This document shows, piece after piece, positions 16,587-25,661 of a DNA stretch of 64,000 bases. The translations under genes were made by a program, and so were the position numbers. Position 1 is the first letter of the stretch. Each line of letters opens with the position of its first letter. The notes under the pieces are model-generated. The model was not told where the DNA came from and made no database searches. It saw nothing but the letters and a program-made list of their open reading frames with translations. The stretch lies in assembly GCA_944385965.1 (NCBI GenBank), contig CALWZG010000055.1:8018-72017 (forward strand). Reading direction: 5' to 3'. This DNA is from an uncultured Anaerotruncus sp. GTDB taxonomy: Bacteria; Bacillota; Clostridia; Oscillospirales; Ruminococcaceae.

Positions 16587-17507
16587 ATGGACTTTCAGCA
16601 TCGCCTGCTTCGTTCCGCTGGCTCCATGATGATAGAAAAAGTCCTGCAGGATCTGCCCAAAGATCCTGCCAGAACCCTCCGAGGGTTGGCTGATTTTGTG
16701 GGGTGCATGACCAAAAGCCCTGAGCAAAAGGGTTTCGTGCCTATTTTCCAGAACGCCCTCTCCAAACCTTCCTCCCCATATATCCCCTGGATGGTCTGGC
16801 TGACCCAGCAGGTGGAACATTCCTGTCTGTGCTCTTTGGCTGTGAATTTAGGCTGTACCTCCTTTACCTGGGGATTGAATACCCTGCGGCGTCAGCAGCA
16901 AGCGCTTCATCAGCATCTTCCTTGGCTGGCGGTTTTGGATGGCCTTCCTTCCCGTACTCAAAGCTTACTGGAGGAAGGGGCTTCTTTGGGGCTCTATACA
17001 GTTGTTTTACTTCATACACCTTTAAGAGACGCCATTGATTTGGCCCAAGCGCTGCCCTGCCACACCTTTTTCTGGACAGGTCCTCAAGGAGAGATTCAGC
17101 TTGGTTGTCAGACGATCCTTGAAAAAACGCCTAATTTGATTCTGGCCTTATCATCTGAAGAAAAAGAGTCTTCCAATGGCTTGGAACTTTTGCGGACCTG
17201 GCGAAGATTGTTTGGTATCTATCTCTCGGCTCCCATCCGGGAATCAGAACTGGAAGCTGTTATCCAACACGCGCAAGCGCAAGGCTGTGCCTTTATCTGT
17301 CTGAATATAGAGGATACCTTCCCATCCTGTAAAGAAGAGAAAAAGCGGATGGAATCTTGTAAATCCTCACCTTTGCTGCTTCTGCCCCAGGAGATTGGCA
17401 AGCTGCAAAAATGTTTCCTTCCTGGAAGCGGAATTGTTCGGCTCTCCAAAGAGTTTTCCGGCTGTTTTTTGGATGCTGTCAAAGAACAGCTCTCCTCTAT
17501 CACATGA
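16587..17507 (+). CDS. hypothetical protein; resembles a radical-SAM family scaffold but lacks the CxxxCxxC motif
   Basis: AGGAAGG lies 7 nt upstream of ATG 16587 (MDFQHRLLRSAGSMM...). The N-terminal ~110 aa and LGLYTVVLL...CHTFFWTG resemble, from memory, a Clostridial radical SAM family. The cluster-binding segment is absent. Confidence 0.6.
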   Translation: MDFQHRLLRSAGSMMIEKVLQDLPKDPARTLRGLADFVGCMTKSPEQKGFVPIFQNALSKPSSPYIPWMVWLTQQVEHSCLCSLAVNLGCTSFTWGLNTLRRQQQALHQHLPWLAVLDGLPSRTQSLLEEGASLGLYTVVLLHTPLRDAIDLAQALPCHTFFWTGPQGEIQLGCQTILEKTPNLILALSSEEKESSNGLELLRTWRRLFGIYLSAPIRESELEAVIQHAQAQGCAFICLNIEDTFPSCKEEKKRMESCKSSPLLLLPQEIGKLQKCFLPGSGIVRLSKEFSGCFLDAVKEQLSSIT

Positions 17508-17525
17508 GCCTGTTCAAGATTTTCC

Positions 17526-17554
17526 TTTACAAAATCCAGAGAACATGCTATGAT
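17526..17554 (+). promoter_or_regulatory. promoter of the TPP-riboswitch transcription unit
   Basis: TTTACA (17526-17531) - 17 nt - TGCTATGAT (TATGAT 17549-17554). Confidence 0.6.
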
Positions 17555-17575
17555 GATACCGCTACAAAAAAATAC

Positions 17576-17672
17576 CACACAGGGGCGCTGGCGGAAGCTG
17601 GCTGAGATTGAACATATTCTTGTCCATGTCCCTTGACCTGATCTGGGTAATGCCAGCGTAGGAAGTTGTTAG
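17576..17672 (+). promoter_or_regulatory. TPP (THI-box) riboswitch aptamer
   Basis: GGGGCGCTGG...GCTGAGA...CCCTTGACCTGATCTGGGTAATGCCAGCGTAGGAAG matches the THI-box core (CUGAGA, ACCUGAUCUGG.UAAUGCCAGCG.AGG). Confidence 0.92.
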
Positions 17673-17690
17673 TGGGAGATGCTCCTTTTA

Positions 17691-17717
17691 CGCCTCGGTA
17701 TGCCGTGGCGTTTTTTT
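17691..17717 (+). terminator. riboswitch expression-platform terminator
   Basis: CGCCTCGG-TATG-CCGTGGCG (one T-T mismatch) followed by TTTTTTTG. It lies 30 nt upstream of the AAAGGAGGA RBS of the transporter gene. Confidence 0.8.
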
Positions 17718-17746
17718 GTATCAAAATAAAAAGGAGGATTTCTCAT

Positions 17747-18370
17747 ATGGATTTATCTATTGGCATTGTCACCATCGCCACCATTCTCCTGTACGCTGCT
17801 TCCCTCTTTTACCTGCGTCAGGTGAAGCTGGATACCCGCAATTTATGTTTCATTGGATTGATTGCTGCTCTCACAGTCATTTTCCATAACATTCGGGTTC
17901 CTCTGCCCACAGGTGCCGCTATCTTCTTCTTCGGGATGCTGCCCATCATGCTTCTGTCTTTTATCTCCGGTCCTCCCTGCGCCATTCTTTGCGGAATCAT
18001 CAGCGGCCTGCTTCTGGCTGTCTTCGCTCCCGGTTGGCAGCCCATTCACCCCCTGCAAATGGTGGTGGAAAATATGGGTGCCATGATGGGCTTGGGATTC
18101 GCTGGGGTATTCGGTTGGGACAAGCGATGGAAAATCTTTGCCGGAAGCCTTTTAGGAGTCTTTCTCAACAGCCTGTTCCGTATGCTGTCTGGTGTGGTTT
18201 TCTTCGCTTCCTTTGCCCCGGAAGGCATGGGGCCTTGGGCTTACAGCTTCGGCTACCATATTACCTCCCGGCCGATTGAGGGCGCTATGGCCATCGCTGT
18301 TCTTCTCATTCTTCCTATTGGTCAGCTCCACAGAATTATGGAAAGGAGGAGTGCCTCATGTCATTCCTGA
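17747..18370 (+). CDS. thiamine/thiamine-precursor membrane transporter (ECF S-component-like; ThiT/ThiW/HmpT class)
   Basis: 207 aa from MDLSIGIVTIATILLY with about 6 hydrophobic spans. It sits directly behind the TPP riboswitch and overlaps tenA by 13 nt. The exact subfamily cannot be told by eye. Confidence 0.6.
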   Translation: MDLSIGIVTIATILLYAASLFYLRQVKLDTRNLCFIGLIAALTVIFHNIRVPLPTGAAIFFFGMLPIMLLSFISGPPCAILCGIISGLLLAVFAPGWQPIHPLQMVVENMGAMMGLGFAGVFGWDKRWKIFAGSLLGVFLNSLFRMLSGVVFFASFAPEGMGPWAYSFGYHITSRPIEGAMAIAVLLILPIGQLHRIMERRSASCHS

Positions 18371-19023
18371 AAGAAACGGTTCAGGCCGCTCTGCCCATCT
18401 GGGACCAATGTTTGGAACATCCTTTTATTCAGGGGATGGAAGATGGTACCCTGGACCCCAAACTATTTTTGGATTATATCATTGATGACACCCTTTATCT
18501 TAAGGAATATGCCCGTGTATTCGCTTTGGCGATGTACAAATCTCAAACCTTGGCGGAAATGCGATGGTTCCATCGGGTATTGGATTTCGTTCACTCTAAT
18601 GAGGCTTTGGCACGGGTTCGCCTGCTTAGGGAACATCAGATTACCGACCAGCAGGTGGAGGCGATGACACCTCGCACTGAAAATGTGGAGTACACCAACT
18701 ATATGCTGCGGGTAGCCCAACAAGAAGATATTCCTGAAATTATGATGGCAGTTTTGCCTTGTATGCTCAGTTACTGCTATATCGGACAGAAAGCGCTCCC
18801 TCTCGCTTCATCCACTTCCCCCTACATAGGGTTCCTTCGTGAATACGCCGACCCTGTTTATCTGGAAAGCTGTCACGATTGGGGAACCTTCGCTGAGGAA
18901 AAGTGCCAAGGATTAGAACCCTCCCGTTTGGAACATCTCAAAGAAATTTTTCTGCGATGCAGTCAGCATGAGTTAAACTTCTGGAATATGGCTTTTACCC
19001 CATGCGACCGCTTTCCCAACTGA
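18358..19023 (+). CDS. tenA: thiaminase II / aminopyrimidine aminohydrolase TenA
   Basis: 221 aa. HPFIQGMEDGTLDPKLFLDYIIDDTLYLKEYARVFA and LPCMLSY..IG are TenA signatures. Confidence 0.88.
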   Translation: MSFLKETVQAALPIWDQCLEHPFIQGMEDGTLDPKLFLDYIIDDTLYLKEYARVFALAMYKSQTLAEMRWFHRVLDFVHSNEALARVRLLREHQITDQQVEAMTPRTENVEYTNYMLRVAQQEDIPEIMMAVLPCMLSYCYIGQKALPLASSTSPYIGFLREYADPVYLESCHDWGTFAEEKCQGLEPSRLEHLKEIFLRCSQHELNFWNMAFTPCDRFPN

Positions 19024-19043
19024 CTTCCTCCCAAACCCACAAA

Positions 19044-19085
19044 AAAATCCCGTTGGAAACAAGCTTGTTTCCAACGGGATTTTTG
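19044..19085. terminator. bidirectional terminator between tenA and the YbjN-like gene
   Basis: AAATCCCGTTGGAAACA-AGCT-TGTTTCCAACGGGATTT is a stem of about 17 bp, with A7 upstream and T-run downstream. Confidence 0.92.
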
Positions 19086-19102
19086 AAAATGTAAGTAAAA
19101 GA

Positions 19103-19621
19103 TTAGTCCTCGCCCTCAACCTCTTTGATAGCGGCAGCGGGCTCCACATTGCCATACATAACAGACAGCAATCCTTTGCCATAACGGTCCAGCATAGCGA
19201 AACCTGTATTGATGATGCGATCCATGGGACCTTCCGCCAGCTTGATGTCTCCGCAGCAGGTTGTAACCTTGTAACGGACTTCCCCATCCTCATAATCCAG
19301 CTCAAAGCATCCCAAAATCAGACCATAGTTGGCTCTGGTAATATACTCGGCAGCAGCGGAACGCTTCTCCTCGGATACCTTCATAGGCAGGACAGAATAG
19401 ATGGTGAATCCATCATCCTCACGCATCTGAATATATACCCGGCAGGAGTCTACTTCTTTCAGGTTCATTCCCATGCTGAAATAGCGATCTTCCTCATCCC
19501 AATTATAATGCCAATTCTGGGCATCCAAATAATCTTTTATAGATTGCTGCAAAGAACCTACCTCAGGCTGTACAGGCTGCTGCTGCGGTTCTTCTTTATC
19601 TTTTCTACCCCAAAAAGCCAT
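19103..19621 (-). CDS. YbjN domain-containing protein (putative)
   Basis: 172 aa from ATG 19621, with AGGAGG 8 nt upstream. The track start at 19627 is a TTG. Acidic, with YITRANYGLILGCFELDYEDGEVRYK, a pattern I associate with the YbjN/chaperone-like fold. Confidence 0.5.
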   Translation of the reverse strand: MAFWGRKDKEEPQQQPVQPEVGSLQQSIKDYLDAQNWHYNWDEEDRYFSMGMNLKEVDSCRVYIQMREDDGFTIYSVLPMKVSEEKRSAAAEYITRANYGLILGCFELDYEDGEVRYKVTTCCGDIKLAEGPMDRIINTGFAMLDRYGKGLLSVMYGNVEPAAAIKEVEGED

Positions 19622-19870
19622 AAACAAATCCTCCTATTCTCTTCCTTGGCACATATCGCCAATTTTGAGAAAAGTATATCACATTTTCCTATAAAAGGCA
19701 AAGCTTTTTTATTTTTAAAGAAAAATTTAACTTTTACAGTACGATCTGGAAAAGTCTTTATTTGATGGTTTCCAATATAGTAAACCTTCTGTAAATACCG
19801 CGTTTTATTCATTATTTATTCATATTTAACCCGTAAAATAGGCACATATATCACAAAAGGAGGTCGATCC

Positions 19871-20647
19871 ATGAGAATTCCCGCGGTCAATTTTTTTGGT
19901 TCGACAGCAGGGAATCAGACAAAATGTTTATATAAATTGATCTTTATTTTGACCATCGGTCTTATGGGAATGTTTATCCTTGGAGTATCCGCCAAAGCCC
20001 AATCCGCTATAACTGTACGTACCGTTACGGTAGAGCAGACCATTCCCTTTGAAACTACCTACATAGACCTGCCCAATCAATATAAAGGCTATACCAAGCT
20101 GGTGAGCGAAGGGGTAATGGGCGCAACCAAATTACAGGCACAGGTAGCCTATCAAAATGACAAAATGGTAAAGGTCCTTTCCATACAGGCCGTTGAGACA
20201 GGTGCCCCTGTGAATCAGGTGGTGCAGCGAGGTACCAAAGTACTTAAATCCAGAACAGCTGATGGTTCTCGCTGGCAATTTTCCTTCGCCCATCCTCTGA
20301 AAAATAAGGGATGGCTTTCCGCTGATTTTTACGATTATCCAGGACACAATGGCATTGATTTCGCCGCTCCATATGGAACCCCTGTATACGCCGCCGCAGA
20401 AGGAACGGTAATCTTGTCGGGTTGGTATGGGGAATATGGACGATGTGTCATTTTGCAGCATTCGGATGGCTCTCAAACTGTATACGCTCATAACAGCAGC
20501 TTATCTGTCAAGGTAGGACAGCATGTTCTGCAAGGTGAGTTAATTGCTAAGGTGGGTTCTACTGGAAATTCCACCGGGAATCATCTCCACTTTGAACTGC
20601 GGGTAAATGGCACCTTCCTAAATCCTCTGCTCTATATAGACCAATAG
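19871..20647 (+). CDS. G5 domain-containing M23 family metallopeptidase
   Basis: N-terminal TM/signal. G5-like segment (VTVEQTIPFETTYIDLPNQYKGYTKLVSEGVMG...VVQRGTK). M23 motifs HNGIDFAAPYGTPVYAAAEG and GSTGNSTGNHLHFE. Confidence 0.88.
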   Translation: MRIPAVNFFGSTAGNQTKCLYKLIFILTIGLMGMFILGVSAKAQSAITVRTVTVEQTIPFETTYIDLPNQYKGYTKLVSEGVMGATKLQAQVAYQNDKMVKVLSIQAVETGAPVNQVVQRGTKVLKSRTADGSRWQFSFAHPLKNKGWLSADFYDYPGHNGIDFAAPYGTPVYAAAEGTVILSGWYGEYGRCVILQHSDGSQTVYAHNSSLSVKVGQHVLQGELIAKVGSTGNSTGNHLHFELRVNGTFLNPLLYIDQ

Positions 20648-20651
20648 AAAA

Positions 20652-20690
20652 ACTTGGGCCAGTGTTTCATAACGCTGGCCCAAGTTTTAT
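20652..20690. terminator. bidirectional terminator between the M23 peptidase and GNAT genes
   Basis: CTTGGGCCAG-TGTTTCATAACG-CTGGCCCAAG with AAAAA upstream and TTTTAT downstream. Confidence 0.85.
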
Positions 20691-20705
20691 AGAAACAATT
20701 TAGGC

Positions 20706-21233
20706 TTAGGATTGCCCATAGACGGTTTGATACAGCGATTGACGAGCGATTTGGAATTCCTGGGCAGATAAAGGCTGGGGCCAGCTCATCAACAGCAGCG
20801 GACAGTTGGGCATTCCTTCTCTCAGCGGGGGCTGCTCATAAGGGTATTCATTCAGTAACAACCCCTGCCTGCGATAAAATTCGATTCTCCGAATGGCTAT
20901 GGTCGTTTCGGGAGGCTCTACCTCCAAAACTACCGGCTTGGAGGAGCTTGAAAGATACTCCTGAAGGATTTTTGCCCCCAACCCCTTCCCTCTCAAAGAA
21001 TCTCGAACCGCGAAATGCTCCACAAAACGCACACGCTCCATCTCCCAAGCGGCTAACAGCGCATCTACTTCTCCCTGCTCATCTGTCCGAACAAACATCG
21101 TGTATTCTGGGCGCCGCAGCAAGGCTCTTTGGTCTGGCTCCTCCCGATGCTCAATGGGAGGAAAAGCTTGATGAAGTAATTGATAGGCGCTGTTAAACTC
21201 TTGAGGATTTAACGGCCGCAGGATGGTCGACAT
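20706..21233 (-). CDS. GNAT family N-acetyltransferase
   Basis: 175 aa. VEHFAVRDSLRGKGLGAKILQEY is the acetyl-CoA binding R/Q-x-x-G-x-G/A motif. Confidence 0.8.
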   Translation of the reverse strand: MSTILRPLNPQEFNSAYQLLHQAFPPIEHREEPDQRALLRRPEYTMFVRTDEQGEVDALLAAWEMERVRFVEHFAVRDSLRGKGLGAKILQEYLSSSSKPVVLEVEPPETTIAIRRIEFYRRQGLLLNEYPYEQPPLREGMPNCPLLLMSWPQPLSAQEFQIARQSLYQTVYGQS

Positions 21234-21403
21234 GAAGATACTCCTTTCTTTTGTCGAGTATTTTCTATGAGCATAGCATATTTCCCAACAAAAATCCAGT
21301 CACGACCCCCTAGGATAGAGGCAGGCGGCGACCCCAGAATCAGAGCCGCCGCCTCAGAAAATCATTTTATTACATTTTTAAACCTAAGTTTTCAGACACG
21401 GAA

Positions 21404-23260
21404 TTACTCCATCTCGAAAGCACCTGTATAAAGCTGATAGTAGATTCCATGTTCTTGAATCAGGGATTCATGATCTCCCCGTTCAATAATACGCCCATGA
21501 TCCAACACCATAATCGCGTCAGAGTTGCGCACCGTAGAAAGGCGATGAGCGATTACAAAAACCGTCCGCCCATGCATTAAGCGGTCCATTCCCTTTTGTA
21601 CCAAAGACTCAGTACGGGTATCAATGGAGCTGGTGGCCTCATCCAGAATCATAACCGGAGGGTCCGCTACCGCGGCTCTGGCAATGGCAATCAGCTGTCT
21701 TTGCCCCTGAGAAAGATTTGAGCCATTGTCTGTCAGCATGGTATCATATCCGTCTGGAAGCCGCCGGATAAACTCATCTGCGTTGGCCAGCTTGGCTGCC
21801 TCCTCCACTTCTTGGTCGGTAGCGTCCAACCTGCCGTATCGAATGTTCTCCCGCACTGTACCTGTAAACAGGTTGGTATCCTGAAGCACGATTCCCAAGG
21901 AGCGGCGCAGGTCGCTCTTTTTGATTTTATTGATGTTGATATCATCATAGCGGATTTTGCCGTCTGCGATATCATAAAAGCGGTTAATCAAATTGGTGAT
22001 GGTGGTCTTTCCAGCTCCTGTGGAACCCACAAAAGCCAGCTTCTGACCCGGTTTGGCATAAAGGGTGATGTTGTGGAGAATGGTTTTCCCTTCCTCATAG
22101 GCAAAATCCACATCATAGAACCGCACATCCCCGGTCAGCTTGGTATAGGTAATGGTTCCATCCGAATGAGGGTGTTTCCAAGCCCATACCCCTGTACGCT
22201 CCTGGGTCTCTACCAGTTCCCCATTCTCCTCCTTGGCGTTCACCAGGGTTACATAACCGTCATCCTGCTCTGATTCCTCATCAATCAGGGTGAACACCCG
22301 TTCAGCTCCTGCCAGCGCCATGATGATGGAGTTCAGCTGCTGAGAAATCTGGCTGATGGGTTGGGTAAAGCTTTTTGACAGCTGTAAAAAAGCGGCAATG
22401 GCGCCTAAGGTAAGTCCCGTACCATTTAAAGCCGCTACGCCTCCCACAATAGCGATAATTACATATTGCAGATTGCCAAGGTTGTTCATAGCGGGCATCA
22501 GAATATTAGCGTACTTATTGGCATTTTTGGCGCTCTCAAAAAGCTGGTCGTTCAGGCGGTCAAAACCCTCTTTGGCCTTTTCCTCATGGCAGAATACCTT
22601 TACCACCTTCTGCCCTTCCACCATTTCCTCAATATAGCCGTTCAAAGCACCCAAAGAGGCTTGCTGCTTTACAAAGTAAGTGCTGCTGCGTCCAGCGATG
22701 TGACGCACAATCACTAGCATGCATCCCACACAAAGCAGTACCGTAGCGGTTAGAATCAAGCTGATTTTAACCATGGCACAGAAAACCACCACAATAGACA
22801 TGATGGAGGAAATGGCCTGAGGGATACTTTGAGAAATCATCTGCCGCAGGGTATCCACATCGTTGGTATAAACACTCATCACATCTCCGTGAGGATGGGT
22901 GTCAAAATATCGGATGGGCAGAGACTGCATATGAGAAAACATCTGGTCACGAATCTGTTTTAGGCATCTCTGAGAAATGGACACCATCAGCCAGTTATAC
23001 AAAAAGCTGCACAGGATTCCGGCGGCGTACAAACAGGCCATCATTCCCAAAGCCCGCAGCAAACCGGTAAATACCGGGGACGCTTCCAACAGCAACGGGG
23101 CGATGTAGTCATCAATCAGAGACTCCAAAAATACCGAAGCGCCTACTGAAGCTCCAGCACTGACAAAGATACTAATCAGCACCCCTGTAAAGCGCAATCC
23201 ATTCCCCTTCAAAATCAAACCCAAGAGGCGCAAAGCGGTTCCTTTTCGTTTCTCATTCAT
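21404..23260 (-). CDS. ABC transporter ATP-binding/permease protein (exporter half-transporter)
   Basis: 618 aa. An N-terminal 6-TM domain, then Walker A GSTGAGKTT, signature LSQGQRQL and Walker B ILDEATSSID. Confidence 0.92.
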   Translation of the reverse strand: MNEKRKGTALRLLGLILKGNGLRFTGVLISIFVSAGASVGASVFLESLIDDYIAPLLLEASPVFTGLLRALGMMACLYAAGILCSFLYNWLMVSISQRCLKQIRDQMFSHMQSLPIRYFDTHPHGDVMSVYTNDVDTLRQMISQSIPQAISSIMSIVVVFCAMVKISLILTATVLLCVGCMLVIVRHIAGRSSTYFVKQQASLGALNGYIEEMVEGQKVVKVFCHEEKAKEGFDRLNDQLFESAKNANKYANILMPAMNNLGNLQYVIIAIVGGVAALNGTGLTLGAIAAFLQLSKSFTQPISQISQQLNSIIMALAGAERVFTLIDEESEQDDGYVTLVNAKEENGELVETQERTGVWAWKHPHSDGTITYTKLTGDVRFYDVDFAYEEGKTILHNITLYAKPGQKLAFVGSTGAGKTTITNLINRFYDIADGKIRYDDININKIKKSDLRRSLGIVLQDTNLFTGTVRENIRYGRLDATDQEVEEAAKLANADEFIRRLPDGYDTMLTDNGSNLSQGQRQLIAIARAAVADPPVMILDEATSSIDTRTESLVQKGMDRLMHGRTVFVIAHRLSTVRNSDAIMVLDHGRIIERGDHESLIQEHGIYYQLYTGAFEME

Positions 23261-24986
23261 CCTGATCGCCTCCTTTGGTTTGGGAAGTATAAATTTCCCG
23301 ATAAATCTGATTGGTTTTCAACAGCTCCTCATGGGTGCCAAAACCATTGATTTGTCCATTTTCCAAAATCAGAATATGGTCAGCATCCTGGACAGAGAAA
23401 ATTCTCTGGGCAATGATAAACTTTGTGGTATCAGGGATTTCCTCACGGAAAGCTTTCCGAATCAGTGCATCTGTTTTGGTATCCACCGCTGAGGTGGAGT
23501 CATCCAGAATCAGAATCTTAGGCTTTTTCAACAGAGCCCTGGCAATGCAGAGTCTCTGCTTTTGGCCGCCTGAAACGTTGGTGCCCCCTTGCTCAATATA
23601 AGTGTCATATTTGTCTGGGAACTCTTGTATAAACCCATCTGCCTGGGCCAGTTTGCAGACACGTTCCAATTCTTCATCGCTGGCGCTTTCATTTCCCCAA
23701 CGGAGATTTTCCTTGATGGTACCTGAAAACAAGGTGTTTTTCTGCAAAACCATAGCCACTTGGTCTCGCAGAGTCTCCAAATCGTAGTCCCGCACGTCAA
23801 TCCCACCTACTTTTATGACACCTTCCGTGGCATCATACAAGCGGGGAATCAACTGCACAAGGGTACTTTTGGAGGTACCGGTTCCTCCCAGGATACCTAC
23901 CGTTTCGCCAGAATTGATTTTTAAGTTTACGTTCCGCAGGCTGGAACGTTTCACATCTCCCACATAGCTGAAACTGACCTGGTCGAACTCTACCGAACCA
24001 TCTGGAACTTCCTTGATTGCGTCTGGTTTACAGGTCAGGTCACTTTTTTCCTCCAAAATCTCTGCGATACGCTCTCCAGAGGACCGAGCCATAATAATCA
24101 TCACCATCACCATGGACAGCATCATTAAGCTCATCAAAATTTGGAAGGTGTAGTTAAACAGGCTGGTCAGTTCCCCCGTGGTCATGCTGCCTCCCACCAC
24201 AAGACGGGCACCAAACCAGGAAATCAGAAGTAAGCAGGCGTATACGCAAAACTGCATCAATGGCATGTTGCAGGTAATCAATCGTTCTGCCTTCAGGAAG
24301 GTGCGGTAAAGCTTCTCAGAAACCTGGGAGAATTTTTTCTTTTCATGTTCCTCACGGACAAAAGACTTTACTACCCGAATCCCAATCAGGTTTTCCTGAA
24401 CCACGTTGTTTAATTGGTCATAAGTGTGGAACACTTCTTGGAAAATTCCATGGACTTTAGAGATAATCAGAAACAGTCCTACACCAAGAATGGGAATTAC
24501 ACACAGGTAAATCCAGGCGATGGAACCTCCAATCCAGATGGTCATAGCGAAGGAAAAGACCAACATCAATGGACATCGAACCGCTACCCTAATCAACATC
24601 TGATAAGCGTTCTGTACGTTGGTTACATCGGTGGTGAGGCGGGTCACAATCCCTGCCGTGGAAAATTTGTCGATATTGGAGAAAGAAAAATTCTGCACAT
24701 TATAATAAATGTCATGCCGCAGGTTGCGGGCTAACCCTGCGGAAGCGCTGGCGGCGGTCATGCCGGACAGCACACCAAACATCAGTGATAAAAAAGCCAT
24801 CACGATCAGAAGTCCGCCTAGCTTCAAAATTTCCTGCAGGTCTCCCGCGTCAATTCCCCGGTCAATCAGGGCGCTCATAACCAATGGTATCAGCACCTCC
24901 AAAAGCACCTCTAACGACACAAAAACCGGAGTCAGCAGGGAATCCCTTTTATATTCCCGAATGGCTCCGGCAATCCGTTTAATCAT
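23253..24986 (-). CDS. ABC transporter ATP-binding/permease protein (partner half-transporter)
   Basis: Walker A GGTGTSKST, signature VSGGQKQRL and Walker B ILDDSTSAVD. It overlaps the downstream ABC gene by 8 nt. ATG 24986 has AAGGAG 8 nt upstream; the track start at 24995 is a GTG. Confidence 0.92.
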   Translation of the reverse strand: MIKRIAGAIREYKRDSLLTPVFVSLEVLLEVLIPLVMSALIDRGIDAGDLQEILKLGGLLIVMAFLSLMFGVLSGMTAASASAGLARNLRHDIYYNVQNFSFSNIDKFSTAGIVTRLTTDVTNVQNAYQMLIRVAVRCPLMLVFSFAMTIWIGGSIAWIYLCVIPILGVGLFLIISKVHGIFQEVFHTYDQLNNVVQENLIGIRVVKSFVREEHEKKKFSQVSEKLYRTFLKAERLITCNMPLMQFCVYACLLLISWFGARLVVGGSMTTGELTSLFNYTFQILMSLMMLSMVMVMIIMARSSGERIAEILEEKSDLTCKPDAIKEVPDGSVEFDQVSFSYVGDVKRSSLRNVNLKINSGETVGILGGTGTSKSTLVQLIPRLYDATEGVIKVGGIDVRDYDLETLRDQVAMVLQKNTLFSGTIKENLRWGNESASDEELERVCKLAQADGFIQEFPDKYDTYIEQGGTNVSGGQKQRLCIARALLKKPKILILDDSTSAVDTKTDALIRKAFREEIPDTTKFIIAQRIFSVQDADHILILENGQINGFGTHEELLKTNQIYREIYTSQTKGGDQDE

Positions 24987-25014
24987 GCGCAACACTCCTT
25001 TTATAAATGATATG

Positions 25015-25461
25015 TCAGGATAGGTTTTTTTCTATCTTCCGCACCACAGAAAAAAATATCTGTTCTTCTTCCTTGGATAACCCTGTCTTCATAAGCCGTT
25101 CCATAGCTGCCGATTTCTCTAAAATCTCTTTATGGATCTCTTTGGCCTTTTCTGTTGGAATAAGCCTTTTACATCTGGCGTCATGGAAAACACTTTCCCG
25201 CAGCAGCATACCTTCCCGTTCCAGTCGAATCAAAAACCGAGAAGCGGTAGAGCGCCGGATACAAAAAACCTCCTCCACATCCTTTTGATACAGCTCCTGA
25301 CCAGCGTGATCGCATAGGAAGCCCATAATCAGTCCTTCTGTTTCTGAGAGGCCTTTGATATTTTGGGGCAGAGGAGCCTGTTCCAACATCTTCCGCCGCA
25401 GTAAATTGGATAGGCTCCGAATGGCAAACCCAATCAAATGATCGTATTCCATTCGATTCAC
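25015..25461 (-). CDS. MarR family transcriptional regulator
   Basis: 148 aa with a winged-HTH core (LYQKDVEEVFCIRRSTASRFLIRLEREGMLLRE). First gene of the marR-ABC-ABC operon. Confidence 0.88.
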   Translation of the reverse strand: MNRMEYDHLIGFAIRSLSNLLRRKMLEQAPLPQNIKGLSETEGLIMGFLCDHAGQELYQKDVEEVFCIRRSTASRFLIRLEREGMLLRESVFHDARCKRLIPTEKAKEIHKEILEKSAAMERLMKTGLSKEEEQIFFSVVRKIEKNLS

Positions 25462-25468
25462 CTCACTT

Positions 25469-25496
25469 TATAATTGTAAGCATGATTACAATTATA
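25469..25496. promoter_or_regulatory. perfect inverted repeat, likely the MarR operator overlapping the operon promoter
   Basis: TATAATTGTAA-gcatga-TTACAATTATA has 11-bp perfect arms. It starts 8 bp upstream of the marR start codon, and each arm contains a TATAAT-like hexamer. Confidence 0.65.
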
Positions 25497-25587
25497 TGCC
25501 TATTATCCAAAAAGTCAAGATTGTATATGTGAATATATTATAACAAATATATTCTCTCAAAACAGTCTGTAAAGCGAACCGGAAAAA

Positions 25588-25630
25588 AAGTGTCCCCTGA
25601 TGTAAAAAAGAATACATCAGAGGACACTTT
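25588..25630 (-). terminator. rho-independent terminator after the isochorismatase-family gene
   Basis: Minus strand: AAAGTGTCCTCTGATGTA-TTCTTTTT-TACATCAGGGGACACTTTTTTTCC. Confidence 0.88.
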
Positions 25631-25661
25631 CAATAATTATTGAGGGAAAATAATTGATCAC

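Noticed and set aside
21324-21353. A GC-rich hairpin GGCGGCG-n16-CGCCGCC downstream of the ABC exporter operon.
   Set aside because: No U-tract follows it on the minus strand, so I did not call it an intrinsic terminator. It may still pause or terminate transcription.
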